Counted from the first letter of the stretch, positions 14,501 to 30,239 are shown. The stretch is 64,000 nucleotides of DNA from the human T2T-CHM13v2.0 reference genome, Homo sapiens (GCF_009914755.1 NC_060948.1), one strand, 5' to 3'. Program-made: numbers and translations. The notes: generated from the letters alone by a model not told the origin.

Positions 14501-15885
14501 TGACATTGCCACACTTCCCGGTCCGTGTGGATAATAGTAGCACTTCCTGGTTCATAGGGACATTGCCACACTTCCTGGTTCATCCAGATAATTGTAGCAC
14601 TTCCTGGTTCATAGGGATATTGCCACACTTTCTGGTTCATATGGATAATTGTAGCACTTCCTGGTTCACAGGGACATTACACACTTCCTGGTTCATTCAA
14701 ATAATTGTAGAACTTCCTAGTTTGCAGGGACATTGTAACACTTTCTGGTTCATATGGAGAATTGTAGCACTTCCTGGTTCATAGGGACATTGTAACATTT
14801 CCAGGTTCATATGGATAATTGTAGCACTTCCCAGTTCATAGGGACATTGTAATACTTCCTGGTTCATACGGATAATTGTAGCACTTCTTAGTTTTTAGGG
14901 ATATTGTGGAAGTGCTACTATTATCCATATGAACCAGGAAGTGCTACAATTATCCATACGAACCAGAAAGTGTTGCAATATCCTTATGAACCAGGAAGTG
15001 CTACAATTATCCAGATGAATCAAGAAGTGTGGTAATGTCCCTGTGAACCAGGAAGTGATACAATTATCCATATGAACCAGGAAGTGTGGCAATGTCACTA
15101 TGAACCAGAAAGTGTCACAGTTTTCCTATGAACCAGGAAGTGCTCGTTCGTAGGGACATTGCCACACTTCCTGGTTCATCTGGATTATTGTAGCACTTCC
15201 CGGTTTATAGGGAAATTGTGACACTTTCTGGTTCATAGTGACATTGCCACACTTCCTGATTGATATGGATAATAGCACTTCCTGGTTCATAGGGACATTG
15301 CCACACTTGCTGGTTCATCCAGATAATTGTAGCACTTCCTGGTTCATATGGATAATAGCACTTCCTGGTTCACAGGGACATTGTAACACTTCCTCTTTCA
15401 TTCCGATAATTGTAGAACTTCCTAATTTGCAGGGACATTGTAACACTTTCTGGTTCATATGGATAATTGTAGCACTTCCTGGTTCATAGGGACATTGTAA
15501 CATTTCCAGGTTCATACAGATAATTGTAGCACTTCCTGGTTCATAGGGACATTGTGACACTTCCTGGTTCATATGGATAATTGTAGCACTTCCTGGTTTG
15601 CAGGGACATTGCAATACTTCCTGGTTCATAGGGATAATTGTAGCACTTCTTAGTTTGAGGGACATTGTGACACTTCCTGGTTCATAGTGACACTGCAACA
15701 CTTTTTGGTTCATATGGAAAATTGTAGTATTTCCTGGTTCATAACGACATTTGGAACCGTCTGGTTCATAGGGATAATTGTAGCACTTCCTGGTTCGTAG
15801 GGACATTGCCACACTTCCTGGTTCATCTGGATAATTGTAGCACTTCCTGGTTCATAAGGATAGTTGCAACACTCCCTGGGTCATC
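11580..15885. repeat. ETS-motif minisatellite: 58-bp units (11580-~12110), then alternating 28/29-bp monomers with a 342-bp higher-order repeat
   Basis: Monomers ACTTCCTGGTTCATAGGGACATTGCCAC (28) and ACTTCCTGGTTCATATGGATAATTGTAGC (29). The variant 'gtgacattgccacacttccYggtcc' recurs at 13003, 13345, 13512, 13822, 14158, 14500. Confidence 0.97.
14908..15144 (-). repeat. Inverted block within the minisatellite (~8 monomers)
   Basis: Sequence reads GAACCAGGAAGTGCTACAATTATCC here, the reverse complement of the flanking units. Confidence 0.95.
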
Positions 15886-16495
15886 ACCCCCATCCTGCCA
15901 TCTGCTCCAGCCCTATGCAGCCACTCAGAAATCTACTTCCTATCCCATGGATTTGCCTATCAGGGGCATTTCAAACGGCCTCCCATGTGGTTTTGTGCCT
16001 GGCTTCTTTCACTCAGCATAATATTTTCGAGGTCCATCGATTTTGTACCATGCATCAGAATTTCATTCCTTTTGATGGCAGAATGACATTCCATTGTATG
16101 GGTAGACCACATTTTGTTTATCCATACACTTGTTGTTGGGCATTGGGTTATTTCCACTGTGTAACTACCATGAATAATGCTTAGCACTTAGCATACGGTT
16201 AAGACTTCTATGTACATACTTGTCTGAGTAACTGTCTTCAATTTTTTGGGTAAATACCCAGGAGGGGAATGGCTGGGTCATATGATAACTCTATGTTTAA
16301 CCATTGAAGGATCCGCCAGGCTGCTTTTCAAAGCAACCGCACCATTGCACCATCCCACAAACAATATAAGAGTGCTCCAGTTTCTGCACATCTGAGCCAA
16401 CACTTGTCACTGTCCATATTTGTCATTAGAGCCATCCTAGTGTGTATGATGGGCTATCTCATTGTGGTTTTGATTTGCATTTCCCTGATGACCAG
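15885..16495 (-). mobile_element. L1M (L1MB-like) 3' fragment
   Basis: 'ctggcttctttcactcagcataat', 'accacattttgtttatcca', 'ggttttgatttgcatttccctgatga'. Confidence 0.85.
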
Positions 16496-16854
16496 ATAGG
16501 TTGGCTTTCAAGTTTTCATGTTCTTTCTTCTTCTCTGTCAAGTAGATGAGTAATACTTAAATAAATATTTCTTACTCAGCATTTTGATGTATTTATTCAT
16601 AGCCTTATTAATGCTTGACTTTATTTGTTTATCTCTCAGATATGGGTCTCTAAATGTCAGTTTCAAGAAGGAACTGTGTTTTGTTCAACTCCAAAATCCC
16701 CAGATCTATCTAGGACACTGCCTGAAACACAGAAGGGGTTAAAAAAATATGGATGAAATATAATAGCAAATGCATGTCCTATTTTAAAATATCGACAGTT
16801 ATTCTATTTGCAGAACAATAAATTCAATGTGAAGACTAAGATACTGTTGATTAT

Positions 16855-17130
16855 TTATGTGTGTATGCTCGTATATGTATATATACATACATATGTGTGT
16901 ATACCTCTACATGTATGTATAGGTATGTATAGGTATACATATGTATATGTACAGACATATGTATAGGTATACATATGTATATGTACAGACATATATATAG
17001 GTATATACACATATACAAGCATATATATATACATATGCAAGCATACCCACATTATGTACATATATGTAATATATATATATATACACACTCACATATACAT
17101 ACACACACACATATATTTACACATATCTTT
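16855..17130. repeat. (TA)/(CA) low-complexity repeat
   Basis: Direct inspection. Confidence 0.9.
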
Positions 17131-17254
17131 ATAAAACACAGACCTAGGATATTTTCCCTAGAATCAGGTCCAAGGCAGATAGTTGAAAAATGTCTGATTT
17201 CTAATTTGTGGTTGAAATAAAACTAAGAACATTTCATTATTTTCATCATGATTT

Positions 17255-17815
17255 ATTTTGCTGACTTGTTGAACATATGCAGGCTTGTTACCTGGGTGGA
17301 CTGTGTGATGCTGAGGTTTGGGGTATGACCGATCCCATCACCCGGGTAGTGAGCATGGCACCCAATAGGTAGTTCTTCAGTTCTTACCCTATCCCTCCCT
17401 CCACCCTCTAGGAGCCCCCAGTGTCTGTTCCTCTCTTTGTGTCCATGAGTACCCAATATGTAGATCCACTTATAAATGAGAATGTGCAATATTTGGTTTT
17501 CTGTTTCTGGATTAGTTTGATTACAATAAGAACCTCCAGCTCCATCCACGTTACTGTAAAGGACGTGGTTTTGTTCTTTTCTGTGGCTGTGTAGTATCCC
17601 ACAGCGTCTATGGACCACATTTTCTTTATCCAGTTCACCCTTGATGGGCATTTAGGTTGATTCCATGTCTTTGCTATGGGGAATAGTACTGTGATCAACA
17701 TGCTTGTGCAGGAGTCTTTTTGGTAGGATAATTTATTTTCCATTATGTATGTATCCAGGAATGGGATTGCTGAACTAAATGGTAGTTCTCTTTTTAGTTC
17801 TTTGAGAAATCTGGG
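17255..17815 (-). mobile_element. L1 (L1PB/L1PA-old) 3' fragment
   Basis: L1 3'UTR and ORF2 C-terminus remnant (…KTWNQPKCPS…WIKKMW… on the minus strand). Confidence 0.88.
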
Positions 17816-17927
17816 AGATATGTCTTGGAATGAACTTCATATAGCTTTTTACTGCCTCCCTTTTAAAATGCTTCCAGAAGGCTGTCCCTTATTTGGTGCA
17901 CAGAAACTGGCTAAAAAATAAATGTGA

Positions 17928-18415
<488 letters not shown>

Positions 18416-19262
18416 ACAAATAATATAAAAACGTGACCTGCAGCCACCTCTCCAAGGGGCCTGGATACCAATGGAAGGAAGTGAAAAGGAGGAGATGAAA
18501 AATTTACACCTTGAAAGCTGAAAGTGTTCTAATATTACCAATGCTGTGGAGTCAGACACATCGAAAGTGACTCTAATACCTCCTGACATCCTTATGTTAT
18601 GAATATGTAGACAATAGCAAATTATTCTCCGCTTTTTTCCAGCTCATTGAAACATGTTAGGGAGGAACATTTCTGCATTGACAACAGCTTTAAATATTTC
18701 ATTAGTGCTTGGAAGAAACACAAGAATCTGTGACGCAGAAGGGAAATGAAAAGGAAAGCTTAGTCTCCATTTAGTTATGTTCCTCATAAATATTTCCCAG
18801 AGGCAAAGATGTTCTCTTTCATATTAAAAATACAAATAAACACTTCTCATTAGCCCAAGAAAATATTGTAGAGATTTTCATTATCCAAAAAAGGCACACT
18901 TTCAAGACACACGGAACAGAGACGGCACATTGCCTTAGCTTGCTTCTGGCTAGCGTGTCTGGCTATTGACCGGATTTTATTTTTAAATGACTAAAATAAT
19001 ATATTAACTAAATGGTAAAATTCATATTCAGCATTGGCTTGAGGGCATCGGAGGGTTTTGGCTGGCCCAGTCATCTCTACCAGTGAAGAAAGCAAGGAAA
19101 TAGGTCATTTCACTCAGGGACAGCTTGAAAACAGAGATTTCATGGAGCTTCCTCATTCCGTCAGCCTAGAGTGGGATTTTGGCTGTCACCCTTCAAGGAT
19201 GAAAAGGTGCAGAGGACATTGGGCTGCAGACAGGGCGCTCGTTTAAATGATTTAAAAGTTTT

Positions 19263-19916
<654 letters not shown>

Positions 19917-20169
19917 TTATGAGTTTTCTTCTTTAACCTGCACCTTGTTCTCTGAGTCACTTTGCACTTGAAGGTACAGCTACAGCTTCCCCATCAGACT
20001 TGTTGGTCTTTTATCAAAGGATGAAAAAGTTCTTCCTCCTTTGGGTCTTTAACCCTGTTTCCTGGTGTAAGACAGCTTTTATGTTTGCTACCTGCTGGAA
20101 TCAACTTGAAATTTTCTCCCAGAAAATTTGTGAATTTATCTTGTTCAAGTTACTTGTGGTCAATAAGTT

Positions 20170-20830
20170 AATAAAGATAGGTAGACAGACAGACAAATAC
20201 ATTGATACAGATAGATAGATTCATGATAGATGATTGATAGATAGATATTACACAGATACATAGATACATATCTTAGACCTGATATATACAGGGTGGGTGG
20301 ATAGATAAATGAATAAATAGATAGATAGATATTACATAGATAGATAGATACATAGATTAGACCTGATATATACAGGGTGGGTGGATAGATAAATGAATAA
20401 ATGGCTTGATTGATGGATTGATGATTGATGGATTGATGGATTGGTAGATAAATGAATAAATGGCTAGATACATGATTGATTGATTGGTAGGTAAATGAAT
20501 AAATGGCTAGATACATGATTGATTGATAGATGATAGAGATTAGATAGATATATAGATACATAGATTAGACCTGATAGATATATGGATATATATACAGGAT
20601 GGGTGGATAAATGAATAAATGGCTAGATACATGATATAGATAGAGCCAATACATACATAGGTACATAGACAGGGTAGGTGGATAGATAGATGAAGACATG
20701 GATAGATAAATATACACAGAGATAGATCAATGATAGAAATGGGTATATAGATATATGAATGATAGAAGATATTTTGAGAGAGAGATGATTAATAGGCAAT
20801 TGATTGACATATTAGATGACAGATAAAAAG
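20170..20830. repeat. (TAGA)/(GAT) degenerate simple repeat
   Basis: Direct inspection; internal 'ttagacctgata' block occurs three times. Confidence 0.9.
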
Positions 20831-21524
20831 TGGGTAAAATGCAAGTAAACTGTAAGCCAAACGTCCACGTGGAATAGCGTGGGAAGCATTGAGAAGACGC
20901 TTTTTGGTGCTACCTGTTTAAACATTGAAAAACTGAGCTAATACCCTCCACAGTACGATAGAGGGGAGGGCACTGGGAATTTATACCTCCCAGGAAAAAT
21001 AAATCATGGTAAACAGGCAGAGATCTTTCCAGATTCCAGTTCTTGGGGGTAAAAGGTCCCCAAGATGCCCAGTTTGTGACAACCTGTTTTGAACTATTCA
21101 GCTCAAGGTTTCCATTTTTTCTCCCAGGGGAGTTGCGTCGATTCTGATGTGTTTGCTTCGGTGCTCTGTGTATCGTATTCATCCCACTCTTCAATTCATA
21201 AACTCTGGAGATTCTTCAATTCACTGGGCAAACCATATGCCTAAGTCTATCCTCTGATGGAGGCTCGTACATGCAAAATCCAATAGCAACCTGGGAAGAT
21301 TTCAGTCAAGACCCAAGAGGAGGCTGGCATCAGGCTCTCGGTCACCGATCTTCACATTCAGGTTTCCTGATGCACTTTGCGACTCTTTGGGCAACCTCTG
21401 GACTCCTTGTTCCCAGGGTCCACATTTAGTTTTATCTTTACTGCATTGCTTTTATGAAAAAGAATAAAATTGGATGAAACAGATACAGAGTATTGGTGTC
21501 AACCTAAGTATTGGTGTCAACAAA

Positions 21525-21926
21525 GAGATGGTTTGGATCTGGTTCCCCACCACATCTTAGGTTGAGTTGGAATCCCCGGTTTGGAGGTGGCGCCTGGTGG
21601 GAGGTGACTGCATTATGCGGGTGGTTTCCATTGAATGGTTTACCACTGTCCCCCATGGTGCTGTTGTGGCGGAAGTGAGTTATCATCCAATCTGGTTGTT
21701 TAAAGGGTGCAACAACTTCCCCACCCCGTCCTGCTCCTGCTGTGGCCATGTAAGATGTGCCTGTTTCCCCTCTGCCTTCCGCCATGATTGTAAATTTCCT
21801 GAGGCCTCCCCAGCCGTGCTTCCTGTACTGCCTGTGGAACCGTGAGCCAATTTAAACCTCTTTTTCTTTATAAAATTACCCTGTCTCAGGTATTTCTTTA
21901 TAGCAGCGTAAGGACTGACTAATACA
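21525..21926 (+). mobile_element. MaLR LTR (MSTA/THE1-like)
   Basis: 'ccgccatgattgtaaatttcctgaggcctccccagcc', end 'tttctttatagcagcgtaaggactgactaataca'. Confidence 0.88.
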
Positions 21927-21929
21927 CTC

Positions 21930-22245
21930 TGTAATAGAAAAGATGTTTATTTGGGAGTATAGTAGTGCGCTGAGAATAGATGTGCCATATTAAACTGTGT
22001 TCATATTCAGGGAGGTAAAGGGGAAAAAAGGATTTTAAAGGAAATAATGAAGAGGATTCCATAATTCTTTTCAAATGATTATCCTTGGCTAAAAAGATCA
22101 ATAACATGGTGACACCAGTCTGAGTTTGGACAGCCAGTTTTTGGGCAGATGTCCTCGTGGAAGTATTTTTCTTTGCAAGGGTGAGATTTTTGCAGTCTCT
22201 TACGATAGTTTTTGTTATCAGGCATATAAGCATAAAAACCATTAA
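21930..22245 (-). mobile_element. Probable ERV1-class LTR fragment
   Basis: 'gggcagatgtcctcg', 'tttgttatcaggcat' resemble MER4-group LTRs; family uncertain. Confidence 0.4.
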
Positions 22246-22564
22246 TATACACTAGAGATGGATTGAAGAGCTTATAAAATTGTTAAGGTTTTCTTCTTTG
22301 GTCAGTGTCTAAAATATGAGTCAGATATTTCCTTGGTTATCTTTGAGATTTATGTGGTCCCAGGTTTCTCCTGGGTGGGTAGAAATTACTGCAGCACGTA
22401 CAAAACTGTCCTTCATGCCATACTTCTTCCTACCATTATACGATGAAAACTAACAAAAGAGAGTTTTATAAAATGTTCTTCCTCTTTCTCTCTGGTACCA
22501 ATAGGAAGCACAATTGTTTCCCCATGGTTCTTCACAAAGGTTCTATTGCACTAAGTTTTAAAGC

Positions 22565-23180
22565 CTTGTGTATACACAATCACATTCACATATACCACAC
22601 ATACACGTGCATATACACAGTTACATCCGTACAGATACATACATGCACATGTATACACAGATAAACACATACATGCACAAATATAGACACATACACAGAC
22701 ACACATTCACATGTATGCGGACACACACACATATACACATATACCTATGCACAGAAACCATACAGATATACACATACATAACATACATGCACAGGTATAC
22801 ATACAAACATACACAGATATGTGCATACACATATACACACATAACACATGCATGCACACATATCCACAAGCCTGCAGATATACACACGTACACACAGATA
22901 TGCATATTCATACATACCAAACATACATTCATACTTACACCTATACACACACATACACAAACACATACAGAGATATACACACATGCACACAAATACATAC
23001 ACACATACATACACAGATACACATGTACATACATACCAAACATACATGCATACTTACACCTACACACATACACAAACACATATACACAAACACACATACA
23101 CAGGGATATGCACATGCACACAGATACCCACATACACACGTACATACTCACATAGAGTTACACACACACACGTGCACACG
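22565..23180. repeat. (CA)/(CATA) degenerate simple repeat
   Basis: Direct inspection. Confidence 0.92.
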
Positions 23181-23310
23181 CAACTTTGGCATAATGGAAA
23201 TTTGATGATTGGTCATTGGAGTCAACCATACAGCCCCTGTCAGAAACAAAGGACCAAAGTCGAAGGGGACATGGATGCACAAACATCTCAACATCTACGG
23301 AACCACGTAA

Positions 23311-23757
<447 letters not shown>

Positions 23758-24393
23758 TAGAATTGGGTTGGTTTTGTTGCACTGGGTGTCTGGTAGCTCC
23801 GGAGAGAACAAATATAAATGTGAAAATGCATACCTTGGTCATCAGTGTTTCTCAACAATTCTCCATCCCACTTAACAAGGCCTCTGCTAGAACTCTGGGG
23901 TCCGTTCCAAGAGGAAAAACATCCCTGCCTAGAAGAAGCAAATGGAAGAATGTACTCTATGCTGCCATGTGTGTTCTCATCAGGCCTTATCTAAGTTTCT
24001 CACCAGGAGATGTTGAAAAATATTGCTTGATGGACGAAGGGTAACGTACTGCAGTTGTTTATTGAGAAATGCCAGCCGTCATCTCTTGCTCGTTAGCTGC
24101 TCTGAATGCTCTTAGAAGGCACCATTCATGCCGCTGTATTCGGGACTGCTGAATTGTGCCACATTCCTTGGTGTTACGCGTGTCTCTTGTTGATGAAGTT
24201 CTAACCACAGTGCCATTGTGAGGCTGGAAATGTCCTTGGGTGAAAAAGCGGCCCCTGGGTCACCTTTCCCATGATTCAGGTGCATGTGAACCCCTCTAGT
24301 GCTTTACTGCCAGGGTCCAGGAGAGAGGGAAAGAATGTCACTGTCCCAGCATCCTCTAAGTTACTTGACAACACAATTGTTCTAGTGTCAAGA

Positions 24394-24692
<299 letters not shown>

Positions 24693-24796
24693 AGGTATTT
24701 TTTTTTTTTTCTTCAGCTCAAGAATGAAGTTTTTCTTAGTATCCTGTAGCTAAAATGATGCTTCTCCAATTTTATTTATTAAAAACGCCTAACGCT

Positions 24797-25105
24797 GGCC
24801 GGGTGCAGTAGCTCACGCCTGTAATCCTAGCACTTTGGGAGGCCAAGGCAGGTGGATCACGGGGTCAGGAGATTGAGACCATCCTGGCCAACATGGCAAA
24901 ATCCCGTCTCTACTAAAAAAAAATAGAAAAAATTAGCCGAGTGTGGTGGCGGGCGCCTGTAGTCCCAGCTACTCAGGAGGTTGAAGCAGAAGAAGCGCTT
25001 GAACCTAGGAGGTGGAGGTTGCAGTGAACCGAGCTCGCGCCGCTGTACTCCAGCATGGCAACACAGTGAGACTGTTTCAGAAAAACAAACAACAACAAAA
25101 AACAA
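24797..25105 (+). mobile_element. Alu (AluSc-like)
   Basis: Alu consensus with an (AAC)n tail. Confidence 0.9.
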
Positions 25106-25354
25106 CTAATAGTAATGATCACATTTTTGGGCTCAAACATCTTAATTCTGGAAAGAGGAGATGCCACAATGGATACCACACTAAAGAGATGCTCTGGAGA
25201 ATTTTGCAAGGGAAGAAATTGTCATCTTAGGGAGGGCACACTGGGGAAGCTTTTCAGACACTGGTCATTCACCGGTATGATTAGAAGAAATGCCACACAG
25301 ACCTCAGGATACCTTGACCCAGACGGGGTCACTCTGATGCCTTCTGAAGTGAGA

Positions 25355-26063
<709 letters not shown>

Positions 26064-26674
26064 CACATATCTTTTTATGACTCACAACAATATGCAACTC
26101 TGGCATGCAATCATGCTAGTGGTTTACTTGGGCAGACCCTCCAGGCCTGCGTGGCAAGGGAGTGGGGGTTCACGCCACAGCAAAGAGGAGGAAGGAAAAC
26201 CCCTGTGCTTCAGCTTTTTCGGATCACAGGAAAGAGCAAACCCAGCAATTCAAGGGCAGCGGTCAAAGACTGCAGGTATAGAGCATGAGAAGCAGTGAGC
26301 ACAGGGCTGGAGGGGGGCACAGAAATGGTAGCAAAGGTCAGGGATATGAGGGGATAGCTTGAGGTGGGGCCGACCTTCATGGGAGGGATGGCAGAAGGCG
26401 AAGATGATTCAAAGGGAGGATGGGGCACCGGTAACATCAGCTCCAGGAGCTCAGGAAAGTGTAGAAGGGAGCTCCTTCTCCATCCAAGACTGACCCCGTG
26501 TCTCTCACGCTTTGGTGCAAGGATGCATGGATGCTGAGACTCATAGGAAGGGTGTGTGAGGCATGAAGCATGTGGGAAGTGGAAAAAGGGAAAGAGGAGG
26601 AGAAGGGCTGTGGGGAAATAAGTGAGTAGAATTGAGGAAACAGACCATTGACTTAATTCTTGAAAGGATTCAAA

Positions 26675-27130
26675 GGCCAGGTGCAGTGGCTTATGTCAGC
26701 AACCCCAGTTACTCAAGAGGCTGAGAGAGGAGGATCACCTGAGACCAGGAGTTTGAGATCAGCCTGGACAACATGGTGAAACTCCGTCTCTACTAAAAAT
26801 ACAAAAATTGGCTGGGCAGGCTGGTGGGCACCTGTAATCCTAGCTACTTGGGAGGCTGAAGCAGGAAAATTGCTTGAACCAGGAGGCATAGGTTGCAGTG
26901 AGCTGAGGTCGTGCCATTGCACTCCAGCCTGGGCGATAGAATGAGACTCTGTCTCAAAAACAAAAAAACAAAACAAAAAAGATACGGGTTGAGCACAGTT
27001 GCTCATCCCTGTAATCCTAGCACTTTGGGAGGTTAATGCAGGAGGATTGCTTGAGACCAGGAATTCAAGTCCAGCCTGGGCAACATAGTGAGACCCCATC
27101 TCTAAAAAAACAACAAGAAAAACACAAAAA
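26675..27130 (+). mobile_element. Alu (26675-26980) plus FLAM/left monomer (26986-27130)
   Basis: Alu consensus. Confidence 0.88.
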
Positions 27131-27239
27131 TATACATCATGACACCTGTATTCACACTCCTCATATACTGCAGACAAATGCCATTTTGAAGAGAGGGAGC
27201 TTTATTCCTGAGTGGGCGGAGGAAGAAGGATGAATTGAG

Positions 27240-27710
27240 GAAGTGTGTTCATTACTTGTCAGCTGCCAACACTGAAAACAACACATGTTTATTTTCTTAC
27301 ATTTCTGTAGGTCAGGAGTCTGAAATGGATTTCACTATTTTAAAATCAAGGTGTTGGGAGGCTTGCAGTCTCTCCAGAATCTCTAGGAGAGAATTCATTT
27401 CTTACTTTTTCTAGTTTTTACAAGCCACCTGCCATCCTTGGCTCATTAGCCGTTACCCCATCTTCAAAGCACATGACTCCGACCTCTGCTTCCATCCTCA
27501 CATCCCTTTTTTCTGCGGTTAAATATCTCCCTTCCTCTCCTTATAAAAGCCCTGGGACCCCACTGTGATTCCATAGATCATTCAAAAAATGTCCCCATCT
27601 TAAGAACCTTACCTGAATCCTATCTGCAAATTCCTCTTTGTCCTAAAAGTTCACAAGTTCTAAGAATTAGGATGTGGGCATCTCTGGGGACCAGGATTGT
27701 ACCTGCCACA
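27240..27710 (-). mobile_element. MaLR MLT1 LTR
   Basis: 'gtcaggagtctgaaat', 'aatcaaggtgttgg', 'ttaggatgtgggcatctctgggg'. Confidence 0.75.
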
Positions 27711-27891
27711 TAGGGTTTGAACACCTGATGGGATCTGGGAGCCTGATGAGGGAGGGTGTCACCCCTGAGGGGCTGGGTCAAAGTGAACCAAGTAGCTAGA
27801 ACAGGTGGTCACAAGAAGTTGGTGATTCCCAAGGGCACCAGCTTGGGAGAAGTAAGTGGGGCAGCTGGGGACCCCTCCACCTCTAGGGTCA

Positions 27892-28477
<586 letters not shown>

Positions 28478-29085
28478 CTAACACTAACAGAGAAGTTTTC
28501 AAACCTCAGGAAGATGGACCCAAGCCATATCACTGGCTTCTTTTCAAGGGAAAATTTGATTTTTTTTTCCCTTAACTGAACTCTTTTGGGCCACCCTGTT
28601 GACTGTAATGAGCACAGACTGCGTTTATCGTGGGAAATGAACTTTGCAATGAATTACTCCAAGAAATGATGCCGTTAGCAATGGGTACATGAGTGGAAGC
28701 AACAGCAGCGTGGGATCAGAGCCAGGATCTGAGAGATGCAGAGCTGGGAGGCAGGAGAAAGCTGTCTGGGAGCAAGCAGAGGGTGCTAGACCCAATGAAC
28801 ATGGCAAGCAAGGCTAGACCCTGAGGACAGTCAAAGGGCCATTTTCAAGGTTGAGGACTGACTGTGGCCTCACTGTGTTCCCCTCCATGGCACGCCATAC
28901 CTGAGCTCCTCTTTCCCTCCTCACTGAGCCCCACAGGATCCTCGGTTCCATCGACCACAGGCCCTTTGCACATACCACACTTGCTACACAAAACTTTCTG
29001 CCTCTACCTTGTGCTGTCTTCATACTTCAATTGTCAGCTCCACTGTTAGCTCCATGGTCACTTCCCCTTAAAAGTTCACATCTGT

Positions 29086-29394
<309 letters not shown>

Positions 29395-30239
29395 TTCATA
29401 TATCTGTGTCCCTGCCTGACCCAAGCTGACCATGTTATAAGCATCTAGAAGCCTCACCTCCTTACTGCGGCTCTGACCACGGCACTACTTTTATATCCTG
29501 TGGGCAATTTTGTTTAAATATCCGCTTTCCTCGTTAGACGCTAAGCAACATGGGAGTGAGTGTCTGGCCATGGTTTGCTCATCTGTGCATCTCCAGGACT
29601 GGCTGGGTTCCTGGGTATGAAGAAGCAGCGGTCCACACACATGGGTGAACCTGTGCTTCTTCTCACCACTACACTGCTTGGCTTCCTTATTTCCTTCCTG
29701 TCACCTGGAATGCCTACCCTGTACTTCTCTCCAGCTCCAACACCATCATTTACCACCTCGTTCAGCTCCCAGGCATCCTAGAAGCCTTTCCTGACCACAG
29801 GGGTGCATCGTGGTGCACAATTCCTTCAGCTGCCACTATGGTGCAAGATGAGTCTAGAAGAACAGTTTTGCTGTGCGGTCACCCTTACTCACTATTGTGA
29901 TTTTGCCTTTAACATATTGAAAAAGACACAGAAAACACACACCATCCGATCAGTTAGTTGCAGACACATCGCCCGATGCTAAGAATGTGCTGTGTTTTAA
30001 ATTGACGTCTGTTGGCTCTTCAGCTTCTGCTCTGGGCTTCTTATGTCCCCACTCGGCCCTGAATCCCATTCCCCCAAATCTCAGTAACTTTGGTGGCTTT
30101 TGCACCAGCCAAAATCAGATCCTAGGTCTTGAGCAAAACCAAGAGCAAGGAAAAAAATCCCACATGGGAATCTGAGACCTCACTCTAATGACTTCAGTTG
30201 CTGTTGACTTGATTTCCTTCAACTGCCGAAGGAGGTTAG

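Noticed and set aside
11580-15885. Array as a CRISPR locus or a repeat-protein CDS (ORFs 'MTLPHFLVH…', 'MNQEVLQC…')
   Set aside because: No unique spacers and the context is eukaryotic; the ORFs are short, stop-interrupted, often GTG/TTG-initiated by-products of the 57-bp period.
17408-17743. ORF resembling the L1 ORF2 C-terminus
   Set aside because: Degenerate, truncated L1 relic rather than a functional CDS.
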